A stretch of 64,000 nt of DNA from Azolla caroliniana (Eukaryota; Plantae; Polypodiophyta). Numbering within the stretch: the stretch's first letter is position 1; every line of letters starts with the position of its first letter. Positions 46,454 through 60,200 of the stretch are shown here, piece by piece. The notes beneath the pieces were generated by a model. The model saw only the letters and a program-made list of their open reading frames with translations. It ran no database searches and was not told the origin of the DNA. The DNA is taken from contig JBHGNT010000020.1 of the NCBI GenBank assembly GCA_043228905.1, positions 9,796,001 through 9,860,000 on the forward strand. Direction: 5' to 3'. The translations under genes were made by a program, and so were the position numbers.

Positions 46454-49400
46454 ACGGACTGAAGCAAGCCCCGCGTGCCTGGAACGCGAAGATCACGCAA
46501 CAACTGCGTCGGATGGGCTTCGTCACGTCCAAATCGGACTCTTCCCTGTTCATCTGGAAAGGTCGACTCGGACCGGTTATTATTTTACTATATGCTGATG
46601 ACTTGGTCATCACCGGTACCGACCTACGTGAAATCGACTGCGTGAAGCTCCAGCTTGCGGCATCGTTCGACATGAAGGATCTGGGGGACCTTCATAACTT
46701 CCTCGGGATCGAAGTGATCCGTACCCTCGAAGGCATATTGATCAGCCAACGTCATTACGTGCTGAGTATGCTCTTAAAATTCGGGATGGCCGGCTGTAAG
46801 TCCTTCTCGACTCCTCTAGACAGGACCATCAAGCTTCGTCCCGATACGGGAAAGGTATGTGACCCGACGAGGTTCCGACAAATTGTCGGAAGCCTCATAT
46901 ACTTGACCATCACCCGACCTGACCTCAGTTATCCGGTCGGAGTGATCAGTCAGTTCATGGCGCGACCTACCGAGGAGCACCTTTAGTGTGCGCAACGCAT
47001 ACTTCAGTATGTCAATGGCACTAAGGACCGAGGACTGCTATATCGGACCGGTGCAGCCGCGCAGTTAGTCGGCTACACCGATGCTGATTGGGCTGGCAAC
47101 GCCGCCGATCGCCGATCCACGTCCGGATACGTGTTCTCCCTCGGGAGTGCCGCGATCGCGTGGAGCAGTAAGAAGCAACCGATAGTTGCACTGTCGAGCA
47201 CCGAAGCTGAGTACCAAGGAGCGGCTGTCGCGACATGCGAAGCCATATGGTTGAAGCGGCTACTTAAGGACCTGCAAGTGGAGGTGTCAGATCCGACGAC
47301 AATCTACTGCGACAACCTCAGCAGCATCCAGCTCGCGAAAAACCCCGTTTTCCACGCACGGACCAAGCACATTGAGGTGCACTACCATTTCATCCGTGAA
47401 CGTGTCCTTTTCGGTGAAGTCGAACTTCAGTACATTCTGACGGATCGGCAAATTGCCGACATCTTCACCAAGCCTCTTGGTCTAGACAAGTTGTGGCAAT
47501 TCTCAGGTGCATTCGGATTGCGTCACCTCAATGTGCCAAACTTGAGGGGGAGAAAAGTCCCAAACGACCAAGCAAGGCAACAGGAAAGGAGCGGAGACCA
47601 CGACACCGAGTCGGTTGACTCATCGGCTGAAGAAGCCGAGGGCGGACCCGCGGAAAAGTTCGGAAGAGGATAGAAGGGGAGCAACCGAAGGAGAGAGCCG
47701 AAGCCAACCACGCATGGGGAAGATGACGTCACCGAGGGCGAGAAGACCTAAGACGAGTTGGAGACAGCCAACTCGGACAAGAGCGAAAACCGATCGAGGT
47801 AGCCGAGTCGGTTCGGATGTTTGATTCAGACACGCTGAATCAACCGAGGCCCAAGCGGAAGAAAAGGCAGTAGGAGAAGCGTCAACACCGCAACAACAAA
47901 AGAGCTTATAAGGGCCGCATGAGCAGACAAGTCGACCGGAAGGGTCGAAGCGCGCGGAGTCGAACAGGTCGAGGAGCGCGAGCGAGGCGTGAAGCCAGGA
48001 GGAACCGAAGCTGTGAGCCCGAGGATCCCGAAGAGCCTCGAGTTGAGCTTGAGGGGGAGTGTTGAGAGACAAGCTCAACATCGGCCGGATCGGCTGAAGA
48101 AGCCGAGGACCGGATCGGTTGGGACCGATCGGTTAGGCCGAGTGCGTAAACCGGGAGGCCGTTAGGAAAGATATTCCGTGAGGAATATGTTTGGGAGTTA
48201 GTGTAGGAGCTCTTAATGAGCATTGAAGTACCGTCAGTACTTCGGTCAGTCCTTCGAGGACTTGTATAAAAGTGTTCATGGAACACACATGTGTATAGAG
48301 TGGTGAATAGAGATTTGAGTTGTTGTTGAATGTAGTTCTTGTGTCTTCTCTCTCTCTCTCACTCTCTCTGTCTCTCCTGCGTATACTGCGTAAGCTCAAG
48401 CTCTCCATTAAACCTAAGTGTTCTTCCTTCTGTTCCGTCTTCATACTTCCTTTCGCACGCTACTTTTTACACGTAGCAATAAATCTGGCCATTTTAGTTA
48501 GTCTATCAACCACAACCGAGATGGCATCATGACCTTTTTGGGTGCGAGGAAGGCTAACAATAAAATCCATGGATATACTTTCCCACTTATTATTGGGAAT
48601 GTCCAAGGGATGTAAAAGTCTTGCGGCTTTAGGTCGCTCGGCTTTGTTAACCTGACATTGGTGACATTTAGTCACATAGTTATGTATGTCAGGGCGCATC
48701 TTAGGCCGATAGAATTGAGTAGAGATGAGAAAGAGTGTACGATGTATTCCAGGGTGCCCCACAGAGGGTGCATCATGGCATTAAAAAAGAATTCTCTTTT
48801 TGGTCTCACACAAATCTGGAACACAAACCTTCCCATTATGATAGAGCAGACCGTTAGCATTGTGGAAGCATTCCTTCGAGGATGTGGTGGTGTCTGTTCC
48901 AAACTCAACTCTTGCCCAGTATTTCGCAAAATAACTATCATTAGTATACTTTCCTCAAAGGTGATCATAAAGATCTGATGTTATTTCAGTGAAGCTAAGC
49001 ATGTTAACTTCACAAATGCAACTTAGTGCATCAACGATAATGTTCATGGAACATTTATGATATCATATGGAAAAATCAAAGTCCTAGATGAGATCAACCC
49101 ATCATGCCTTATGACCTTTGAGGTCTTGTTAGTCACAAAAATATTTCAAGGACTCATGGTTCATAGTTACCACAAAATGATTTCCATAAAGATAATGACG
49201 CCATGTTTTGAGTGCATGTATAACTCCAAATAACTCATTTTCTTGAACGGTATACCGACATTGAGCAGAATCAAGTTTCTTACTCTCGAATGCTATTGGT
49301 TTACCATCTTGATATAAGACAAGCATAATCGCTTGCATCGGTTTCAACCTCAAAAGGTTTTGAAGGATCAGGTAAAAGAAGCAAAGGAGCCTTGCACACC

Positions 49401-52400
49401 AGGTCCTTGAGTTCCTTAAAGACGAGGTCTAGTGTAGCATTCTAGACAATAGGTTTTGTAGACTTACGCGTTTGACCTAAAATTGATGGTAGCTAGTATG
49501 GAGATCAAGTTTCGTAAAATACCGAGCTCCTTGGAGACGGTCAATTAGATCGTCAGCCCAAGGCAATGGATACGAATTCTTGATCGTCACTTTATTCAAG
49601 CGTCGGTAATTAATACACATACGCCATGTGCCCTCTTTCTTTTTAACCAAGAGAACTGGTGCACCCCATGGAGATTTACTATAACTTATATAATAACCCA
49701 TTCATAAATAGTCCTTGAGTTGCTGAGATACCTCATCCTCTTCGGATAGACTTAAGCGATAAGGAGGTATACTTATTGGTGCAACGCCAGGTACAATATC
49801 TATACGATGGTCTATATTACGTTTAGGAGGTAACCCATCTAGTAGTTCACTCAGAAAAACATCACGAAAAACATTTAAGATTTCATCAAGTTGTTTTTGT
49901 TCAAAATACATTAATTGAACCGAGACATTATTGATATTTTAAACGTGAATGTGCAGATCAAGTACACAATAAAATAGAGTAGAACAAGACAACTCAGATA
50001 TCGATGGAGAGGAAACAATCGAGAAGGATTTTTTTTTACACATTGAATAAAATGAGTACAATCGTTCAGTACAAAAGTTATTGAATGATGAACCCAATCA
50101 ATAGATAAAGAAGAGTTTTTATTATAGAACTAGGGATAACCAATATTACATCAGTGGTACAAAGATTCATTACATGGAAGTCTACTTCCTCTATATAAAT
50201 ATCAATAGAAATTCCTAATGAATGAATCGCCCTGTTGATGTATTGTACTCTTCCATCAGCCAAGTGCATCGTATAGGTGTGATCACTTACGATGGGTTGG
50301 ATTCCCCATATCTGAACCAAACGATCATTCACAAAGTTGTGTGAGCTTCCCGAATCAAACAAAAATTGTATGGGAGACCCATTGATATACCCGGTTGCAC
50401 ATAGTAAATCATTGGGACCCAATACATAGTGAGGGAAAGAACAGTGACAATTACTTAAATGATGTGTATAGACCTGAAGGACATTAGGAATATGACCTTT
50501 ATGGTCTGCAGCTTTAGCTTTGCTGTCGTACTCTTTCCATTGGAGCTTTTGACATTGCTCTTTTGTATGACCCTTCTTTTTGCAGAATGCGCAAAAAGGA
50601 TGTGGTCGCTTACAATCGTGATCCATGAATTCGTTGGGTGTCTTGCGTTTCCCAGCGAATTGCAACTGCTTAGTCCTGGGCGTTTCGTTGGGTTTGTTGT
50701 GGTCCTTCTTCGACGTGCGTTGATAGCGAAGAACTATTTGAACGGCCTGTTCGAAGGATTTTGGATCCTTATCGTGCACTATCCAGTGATAGTCCGAATT
50801 GGGGATGCCATTGACCAAACAAGCTATTAACCAATTGTCCCCTTCTAGACCCGATTTTTGGATTTGGGTTCTAGCATGGTGGAGATAGTCTTCTAGAGAG
50901 GAAAACTTCCTACTAGAGAGGTTCATTAAAGCTTGAGCTGCCTCGGTTCGAGAGGGAGGTTGCAGAAATTGGCCCTTAAAAACTGTGACAAAATCTGTCC
51001 AAGTATCGGACAATTTCCCCAAAGTTTAGAGCCCACGCCACCACACGACGACCTTACCCCCTAGTTCTCAGCCGACATATGCAATCTTCGTATTATCTAG
51101 CGTGGGATAGAGCTCAAAATGAGACTCCCATCAGCCCAACCACGTGCAGATTGCTTCTTCGGTTGTTTCCTTTTTTTCTCCCGTAAATTGCTTAACGACA
51201 AACGATGGTTCACCCTGTCGCTCATCAGGTCTATTAGTCTCACGTTGTAAACTAATGACATGTGCCTCGAGAGCACTTTGAGATTGCCGAAGTTCGGTCA
51301 TCTGAGCGGTGAAACTAAGGTATTGGCTTATTTGTGAAAAATACATCTCAATGGACATTTGTCCAGGAGGATTTCCTCGAGTTCCTTCCGCTTGAACGGA
51401 TGACATCGGGTCGTTATTTTGAGCCATTGAATGATTATTTCTAGAAAAAAAATAGGATAAGGTCAGACAAATAGTCATAACATCATGTTGTGATGTAAAC
51501 ATATCATGGGCAAACATTAATCGATATCATGATCTCACGCCAATACCCCTCTAGACGTATGAGATGAGGTTGAAGATCAGGTTACTATGGTAACACAAAG
51601 GTGTTTTAAAAACCATGGGGGTGACAAATTAATGTCTTTCCCTGATCTTTATATCAATTTTTTCATGACGGCTCCTCGAGGCTCAACCATGTATGTTCGC
51701 GTCATGAATAGTTTATACACGAAAAAAATGTTAACAATAAACTTTGTTTCGGTGCCCACATATGTGGTTTTGGCTCTTTAAGTCCTATTAGAAGGACCCC
51801 AAAGTGCACTTAGACCTCAAGTCTACACATGTGTTATAGTCGTATGTATCAACGATGTTGTATGCTCTTGGTCATATTTGAACTCGAGACCTCGAGAACA
51901 AATGCATTAAACACTTGAGCCAACCAAGTAGGTTACTCTTCTTAAATGTTTAATATTTAATGCGTATAAGAGATATGCGAGGCATTTGCCCATATATGTT
52001 TTTTTAAAAGAAACATATATGTCAAGAGTCCTTATTTCCCCCTCGTTTACCACAAACTTTGTTGGTACATTACCTAACCTCAAGTCTCGTAATTACGATG
52101 GCATACGCCAAAGCACAACCTAATGGTCAAGCCAAATGAGCCCGCTTTTCGTAGTAGGCCCACGTGGCCCATCACATGGTTACGTCATTACGAATGCCTT
52201 TCGTAAGAATGATCTCATGGTGGCATTGTATCCATGTAATGAGGGAGGGATGTTGGATATGTGTGTCATAAGAGCGACCTCACATCAAGTGGGTCAAGCC
52301 CTATGTTCTCAACACCATTATGGCTAAGATTGTTTCATTACGTAATGAAAGCGAAGTCACCAACGGGGATGTCAACAATAAAAATTTGTTTAAAAAGGGA

Positions 52401-53739
52401 TGGTGACAATGCCATTCTCACACAAATGTGAGGACGACCACCAAGATTCTTTCCCCGAAAAGGAAAACATTCGATATTGAAATCACGTAATAACTTACAT
52501 ACACATATGTATATTATCACATACATACGATCAAATATGTATACATGTGACCACATATGCATATATAAAAGTAATCGTCATATAAAATAGCCAAAAGTGA
52601 TGTAATCGAGATACGTAATCGAGGCATATACCCTCTACGCACACGAAACATCTAAAAATAAGGGTTAATCGTAATACGCAATTGAGGTATTGACCTCATA
52701 TGCATACAACACCAAACGCATATCATTTACATACAAATCAAGGTAATGACCTCATACGCAAACGTAACATGTGTTTGTGAACGTAATACGTAATTGGGGT
52801 ATTAACCTCGTACGCATACGACACCAATCACATATTGAATATATGTCAAATGAGGTATTGACCTCATGCACATATGTAAACGTTTTATATAACCAATTAA
52901 TTACCACTACAACATCATTGAATTAATAAATAATAAAAATTACACATGACCATATACATGATTAGAAGGGAGAAGAAAAAATAGAAAAAAAACAAGAAAG
53001 ATTACCGAAGTTCCTTTGTTGATCGTTGTCTGGATCAAGGCCGACTGCACATCGATCAATCACCATCAATCAAGAAGACAAAAGATAACAAAAGAAACAT
53101 TAGAACACCTCGCTCTGAAACCAACTATTAGAGATATGCCCTAATGTAAGCATATGATAAGGATAAAAGATAGATAGATAGCAAGGAGAGAGAGAAAGAA
53201 GGGTGTCGATCCACCCGACCATCCCCAAGCGAAGGGATCGAGACGGACTCGAGCCTCGATCGGTGTCCCATACCACCATTGTGGCGTCGTGTCATACCTG
53301 GTGCTGGCGCGCTCGCTACAACAGTTGAACCACCACGAAACAAAGTCTCGACGTAGTCAAAAGATGATGAAATGAGGGTAGTTAGGCCTCTTATTTATAG
53401 CGATACCCAAGGCCCCCAGGCAAGTTCACACTTGGCTTAATGGGTTGTCTCAATCCCGAGGATTAAAAGTAATCCTCCCCTTCTTTACACTCTCGTTTAA
53501 CCCTCACACTTATCCACATGTATAGAATACTACGGTAAATTCTCACCACGGGATATTATATGGTCATGCCTGTAACAGGCAGGATGGTTCCCCCTTCTGC
53601 TGAACTCCTTAGGAGTGTTTTTGGCCTCTTGCGAATGATGGGATTTGCGTTTTTGGGTCGGCTGACCTTGTCGACCTCGGTTGAATCAGCCTCTATTTCC
53701 TCGGCCGAATCCTCTTCCATCATCCGACTTAAAACAAAC

Positions 53740-55520
53740 AATTTCATAGAGAGAGAAATGTTTGAGCTACGAGAGACTATATTACATTAGCCATCGATCT
53801 ATCTTTACAAGGTTAGTTACCTACTTATATAGTAACTAGGTTAATTGTGTGTTCACACTAGAGATACAAGGTGGGAAGAGTGGGACTTTTATCCCCAACA
53901 CGAACAACTCATCCAGGGACTGCATCCACTTTCGGAAAGATACTTGACAAATGCTTTGGAGGTGTACTCTCCTCCATTGTCCAACCAAAAAATATTTACT
54001 TTGTAGTCGGATCGGTTTTCGACTTCGGCCATCCATCGAGAGAATGCTTCAAGCGTTTCGTCTTTAGACTTAATCAAGTAAGCCCATACTTTGTGTGTAC
54101 AATCATCGACAAAAGTTATGAAGTACCGCACACCTCCTAGAGATCTTTCGGTCATCAGCCCTCATATGTCACTATGGATTAGCTCGAAGGGCTATTGTAC
54201 AGTGTCTCGTAATGAACTGAGTGAGGACTTCGGATCTATTTCCCATATTGGCAATGCTCGCAAAAGTCAGACTCAACATGATTGAGCTTTGGGATGTAGT
54301 CGAGTGCCGAAAACCTCTTGAGTCTCGTCTGAGACATGTCACTAAGACGGCCATGCCACAATGTTGGATTCGACATTTCCGCTACATTAAGTGATCCTTC
54401 CTGACTAATCACAGTGAGTGGGTACAAGTTGTTGTACTTCACGCCATAGCCGATGTGTAGATTCTCTTTTGCGATTTGCCATGACGGTTCACTAAGTATC
54501 ACCTTATACCCGTCTTTGGTTAACATGCCAATGGAGATAAGAATCCTTTTTAGATCGGGTACATGCTAAACTTGGTGCAAGGTGATAAGACTTCCATTTG
54601 GCAGACGAACGGGAATTTCACTTGTTCCAATGATTCAACACTCCTTCGCATTGCCAAGTCAGACTAATCGGGCACTAGTTGAATAATCTGAAAACCATTC
54701 TTTGTGAGGATTCACATGAAAGATGAGGATCTCTCCAGTCTTCAAGCTTTCAAGTGAAAGGATTTCTCCCGACGGGGATTCAACAACATGTATTTGGTTA
54801 CTGGTTGAAGGGTGATTTGAGTTGGAAGAGCCTATATTCCACTCAAAATTTCGGCCTCTCCCCATCTTGTTGGCAGACTAGCAATAGGTAATGTTAACGT
54901 TGTCCTTTATGCAATGTGTGCAGTAGGCATTGGGCGTCCCGATTCTTGACTTCGATCGTTGGTTGTCGTTTCTCCTCCTTGGCCGGTTGTGATTACAACC
55001 AACTCACTAAGTCATTCACCTAGAGAAGTCTGCTTCGGTACTTTCATTGATGGTGGGTGAGGCCCACTGATTTTCTTTGAAGCTCTTCTGATAGTACCGC
55101 TCCGATTACTTCGTCTAGCGTTAGCGTCGACGCGCTGTTGGTGACGGTTGTGCAAAAAACTTCCCAACTTGTTGAGAGGCTTGAGAGAAGTGCAAGAGCC
55201 TAGATTTCCTCTTCGAAATTCAAGCCTTGCGAGGATAATTTGGTCAACACCCGACTGAAGGTGTTGATATGGGAGGTTGCCGGCTCGGCCTCCCTCATCT
55301 TCATATTGAACAATTGCCGAATCAAGATGAGTTTCGACGAGCTCGACTTCTTTTCATAGACCGATTGTAATTTCTCCCATAGGACAAATGTTGTTGTCTT
55401 TTTCACCATGCTGAAGTAGAGGTTTTTGGCTAGGGGCATTTAGATGGTCAACCTCGCTATTTTGTCAAGTGATCGCCATTCCTCTTCTGTCATCGATGTC
55501 GGCTTGTTGTTGTGCATGAG
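53740..55520 (-). mobile_element. Degenerate Copia of a different family (gag, PR, IN start, possible LTR fragment starting at 53900)
   Basis: KSSSSKLILIRQLFNMKM (gag), LWHGRL...FCEHCQYGK and SLGGVRYFITFVDD; the minus strand reads TGTTGGGGATAAAAG at 53900. Confidence 0.75.
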
Positions 55521-57283
55521 CTTAAGCAACATGTAGAGTAAAGTGTTGATTAAGAAAACAAGTGGTTACAAAAGCCACAACTACAAGACATATAAATCTA
55601 AAAAATTAAACTCATGGGAAAGGGAACAAGATACCCTTGAGACAACATGCAAAGTTTGCGATCAATGACTTTTGTGCTTTGGTTGTTGTCAGTCTCTTGT
55701 TCATGCTCTTGACTTGTTTCCTATAGAGTAATCTCTTAAATGTCAAAATTTGGGCATTAATTATCCGAATTAGTGAACCCCATAACAAATTATATCCTTG
55801 CATTTTATAGCTCTTAGGAGAATTTATCTCATCAGCTAAAAGTGGAACAATGAAGATTACTGTAATGTGCATTGGAGATGGTGACGAGCCATTGATTTCA
55901 GGTAACACAATTGAGATGGTTGGGACCTTCGATGAGACAATGGCGAGCCATTGGTTTGAAATTAACCTGTTGCGATCATTAATGAACGTAGGATATGTTG
56001 GACCCCCAAGAATGAAAGAAGGATATTGACACGATTGTCCACCATGCATTGAGACACTTGAAGTATGGCCAGGGGCAGGGGCAGGGGCGGGGGCGGGCGA
56101 ATGTGCATGCATGCCTTCGATGAGCACGTGCCAACAGAAGAAGAATACAGAGAGAAGACTCATTTCAAGATAGGTGTAAATTGCGTCTCCGAGGGAATCA
56201 AATGGTTTGATTTGATCTCTATTGTTTCTACTCTGATTCCTCATGTTGTGAACTCATATTATTTGTAGAAACATTCATTTTGTGGGTTTTGTTTCCTTCA
56301 CATGGATTGGATTGGATCATGGATGGGATGTTTCATTTATCTCTTGAAATTATATTATTAGTGTTAGAAGAACAGGAAAGAATAGAAAAGAAAGAAAGAA
56401 GGCAACAAACAGCAGAAGGGTTGCCTCCAACCCCCCCCCTTCCTTCTCTGTCTCTCTGGTTCGTAACGCCCCATCATCTGTATGGGAGGATCGAAAGCTT
56501 TGATCGTTAACTCTGTGTGAGGTAACCTTTTGTTATTAAGTGAATGGTCTGATCTTAGCCTGCGATCAACACGTAACAAATCAATCCACACACACACACA
56601 CACAACACATATGTTTGTGTATATCTGAGTTCTTTCTATCGGATTTGACCATAAAGCCTAATCGCGCTGCATACTGTTTATCTCTTCTGATCAGAAGGAT
56701 TAAGAGACCAACAGATCACTTGGTTTGTACACATATATCCGATCCATCCATTGGATTTGGCCCAAACCCCTTATCAAGTTGAATACTGCCATTTCTTCCG
56801 ATCAGAAGTTTTAATAGACCAAACCATCACTTGGATTATCTGTGATATTCTTGGGTGTTGGATTTTAAGTTTGAGCCTATCACAAGGATTAAGAGACCAA
56901 ACGATCACTTGGATTATATGTGATATTCTTGGTTCATTGTGTTGGATTGTAAATTCGAACCTATCACAAGGATTAAGAGGCGTACATATCAACTTGGTTA
57001 TCTCTCTTGCATTGTTTATTATTGATTGATCTTGTTGGATTACATTTTTCTTGACAACCCCCAAGATACGATCCTTATTGTGATTTGTTAATCTCTCCCC
57101 AAAACCTAATCAAGCTGAATAGAAAGGATTAAGAGGCAATGAAATAACTTGGATTAAGTCTCCTTGATAATTTGTGTTGATTTGGTCACCTTGGTGGATT
57201 GAACTGTTTGACTCTAGTAACGACAATTACTGACATAAGGGGGTGGTGAAGATCTTGCAGAGTTTGGTGCTTTCCATTTCATA

Positions 57284-60200
57284 ATGGATCACTGGAGAGA
57301 CTACTTTAGAAACTCTGGTACAGATATATGGACATTGATCGAACAAGCAATTATATTGGCTGCAACAGATCATTGTAATGAATTCAAAATGAAAAGGAGT
57401 GAAATAGCAGAAATCCTCTTTTCAAGAAACTTATTACATCCATCATCATCATCTCAAGGAAGTAGTGGCAAAGAAGATAAAACAAGGGCTAGTATATCAA
57501 TTGCTACTACCAGTATAACCACAAATGAAGTGAGAAAGAGTGACGAAAAAGCTCTTAGTGTAAAACATAACAAAACGGAAAGGAAGATATGTGATAACGT
57601 ATCGAGTGCAAGTATATCAAGGGTGACTGATGTAACTGTAGAGACAAGAAAAAAGGGAGAAGTGAGGATGCACGAGGAGAAATTATTAGAGCTACAGCAT
57701 GAGTGTGGTGATGAGATACCTTATAAAGAGCTTCTTTGGATCAAAGACACCCTTCAAGAGAAGGATCAAGTAATGCATTTTCACCCTTATCTGAAGAGAT
57801 ATTTTCAAACACATGCTTTTCTGCTTTGTGCTCATATTGGGAGGAATGACTAAAGTTCTCGTTTTCATGTTTTTGATTTGCAGTCAGAGAGTGCAATTTT
57901 ACAATGCTTGGAGAGGCTGGAGACCATGCACCTTAGTCTAGACATTTTGAAGGTGGTTGATGAATAATATTGTTTATGACTGTAAATCTGCATAGAGTAT
58001 ATGCATAATGACTAGGAAAAAGACAGTTCTTGTTTATAAAAAAGAAATACTACTATGCCAGGGTAGCAAGAAAAACTCTAAACCCCAAATATTTCTGACT
58101 TGCAGAAGATGCTCTACTAAACAAATGATTGTATTATGTAGGTGAAGCGAAAATTGACATAAACATTACTTATTTCTATTGGTTATCTATATTTGGTCTT
58201 ATAGTCATCTGAGGTGTGCAATTTTGATTGATATTTATGAAATGGTCTTCTTGATGTCATTGAACTATAATTCACTACCAAGATTGGAGACAAGTTTGTA
58301 ATTTAAATTTTGCCTAGCATAAGAGCTAATGAACTTTTCTATCATTGGCCTTATTGACTCCATTAATAATTTAAGGCTATATATGTATGCTTGAGGTTAG
58401 GTATCATAATCATGTGAAATATGTACTGTTAGCTAATAGTTATGAAATGGTCTCCTTTAAAACAGATTACTGAGATTGGAAAACAAGTTAATTGTCTTCG
58501 AAAGCATGGATCCTCCCAAGTACGATCGATAGTCAAGCGGCTTGTTAGGTGGGATCTCAACAATGTTTGAGCAAATTCATGAACGTTAAGTATGCTATTT
58601 CAAGAACGAGAACATCACTAATTTCCCTGTGCTTGACTGACAGGAGCTGGAAAGGTTTGGTTCATGTTTGGGTAGATGGTGGAAGCCAAATTTCCGATGC
58701 AGCTATATCAGGTTCCGGGTCAAACTAGACATAATTATATAGAAGTTGATGGAAGGATCAATATAGTCTAAGATGAAGATAATTTCACACAGGTTCTAAT
58801 GATGGTAAAAGAGGCAGAACAGAAGATATATTTGATCAATGTCTAAGTGATCTAGATAAAACTATGGAACCTGCAGCAAACACAACAAATGATGGAAAGG
58901 CCTTCAGTTTTCTAAACCAGGATTCAACACTTACTTGCCAGAGTACTTCTGTTGAAATGCCTGAGGTATAATATTGTCACTTTGTCATCTATTTCCTTTT
59001 CTGTCCATTCTCTTAATGGGGGTCTTCATTGTGCTATGAGAGCGAGAATTTGACACCCAACATGTTAGAAATAACTTTTTGATTCTTTATACAAGTATTT
59101 AAAGACCAAAACCTAACCATATTGTGTTGATATGCTTGCAGCAACTCTTCAGTTTCTTGAAAGATGTGTGTAAGTCCTCCTAAACTATACTACTTGGTCT
59201 CTTCAATAAATGCTGATATTTACGCAAAACCATGTTTATACTTTAGACTACTAAAAGAGTCTCTATCTTTGATGCATCTCTGGATGATAGTTCCCGAAAC
59301 TGAACCTGTTAAAGAGGATCCATTTTCTTTGGACCCAAAATCCAGGATGGAATCAGCCATTCCATTGGATCCTAAGAAGGGAAAAACAAGTTGCACCCTG
59401 GTCTTCAAAGTACCGAAAAAGAAGGAGATCGATGGAAATGCCATTCATCTGGGTATGGAAGTAAAAGATGAACCCATAAATAAATCTAATAACAGTAGCT
59501 TATTGGTAGGAACAAAGAATAGCGTACGGAGGTCTGGTCCAGAGAGATCACATGATGAGGTTGGCGATAAGAGAATCTCAATAAATGTAAGACCCCTTCG
59601 CGATTTCTTTTCAGTTATTATGTCTGTATGCAAATTTCCTCTTAATGGGGGGTTAGTGATAGTTGAATCCCTGGTTCTACTGTTTATATGCATATTTGGA
59701 AATGGTTGAATCTTTTGTATAACAGGATGCACTCTATCTGTATGCATATTTGCAAGTGATTGAATATATTGTATAAGACAATACATCCTGTCTATATGCA
59801 TATTTGAATTTTTTAAATCCAGTTTATGTTGTGACAGAATCCACCCGTCTATATGCATAGTTACAAGTGATTCAATCCATTTTATGTTTAAATCTTTTTC
59901 CTGATGTATATATTTTAGAAAAGCTAGGGTCTTACTAGATCTATAATCTGCCATATGTTTTTTCATTAAATAAGGTAAGAGCTGGTCCTACAGTACAACA
60001 ATTTTTCTTGTCGTTGTCATTTATTGAGCCGTACATATATGTGTATCAGTGTGCCCAATTGTTTATGTCCATGGTGCTTTTATGTGTGTATGTGTGTGAA
60101 CTAAGACCATATGAAGAAAGCACTAGATTAAAGGAAAGCAAAGAGAATGCAAGGAAAAAGTAAGAAGAAGCCTATAAATAGAGGCTTTTGAAACCTTAGA

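Larger units (their letters stand above)
41548..48471 (+). mobile_element. Copia-6: complete Ty1/Copia (LTRs 41548-41959 and 48060-48471, 412 bp; TSD CATAG/CGTAG) carrying two nested Gypsy solo LTRs
   Basis: Paired LTRs; PBS TGGTATTAGAGC; gag-PR-IN-RT-RH fragments similar to Copia-5; several stops and deletions. Confidence 0.95.
40119..53577 (-). mobile_element. Chromovirus copy Y: full-length degenerate Ty3/Gypsy with chromodomain (3' LTR 40119-40570, 5' LTR 53126-53577; TSD AGCAG/GGCAG), interrupted by Copia-6
   Basis: Gag CAFCKKKGHTKEQC; protease LFDSGSSHNF; [15 protein letters not shown]...YPLP; RNase H PIAFESKKL; integrase GHPG...CHQCQ and HPQSDGQTER; GPF; chromodomain. PBS at 53112-53123. 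Confidence 0.92.
39040..53735 (-). mobile_element. Copia-7: highly degenerate Copia (gag 3' part, PR, IN start), split in gag by chromovirus copy Y; its own sequence is 39040-40118 and 53578-53735
   Basis: CGYCGKLKHYEEE knuckle (~40050-40090), HVPTITKNLLSIGQ, LWYKRIPHLN, QQNEVAERKNRH. A Gly/Arg-rich gag linker (KSDDGRGFGRGNRG) resumes to the right of 53577. Confidence 0.7.

Noticed and set aside
57284-57853. Single-exon 189-aa gene as given by the ORF track (also 59164-59709)
   Set aside because: These are exons reading into introns. GT-AG sites give a continuous 9-exon frame.
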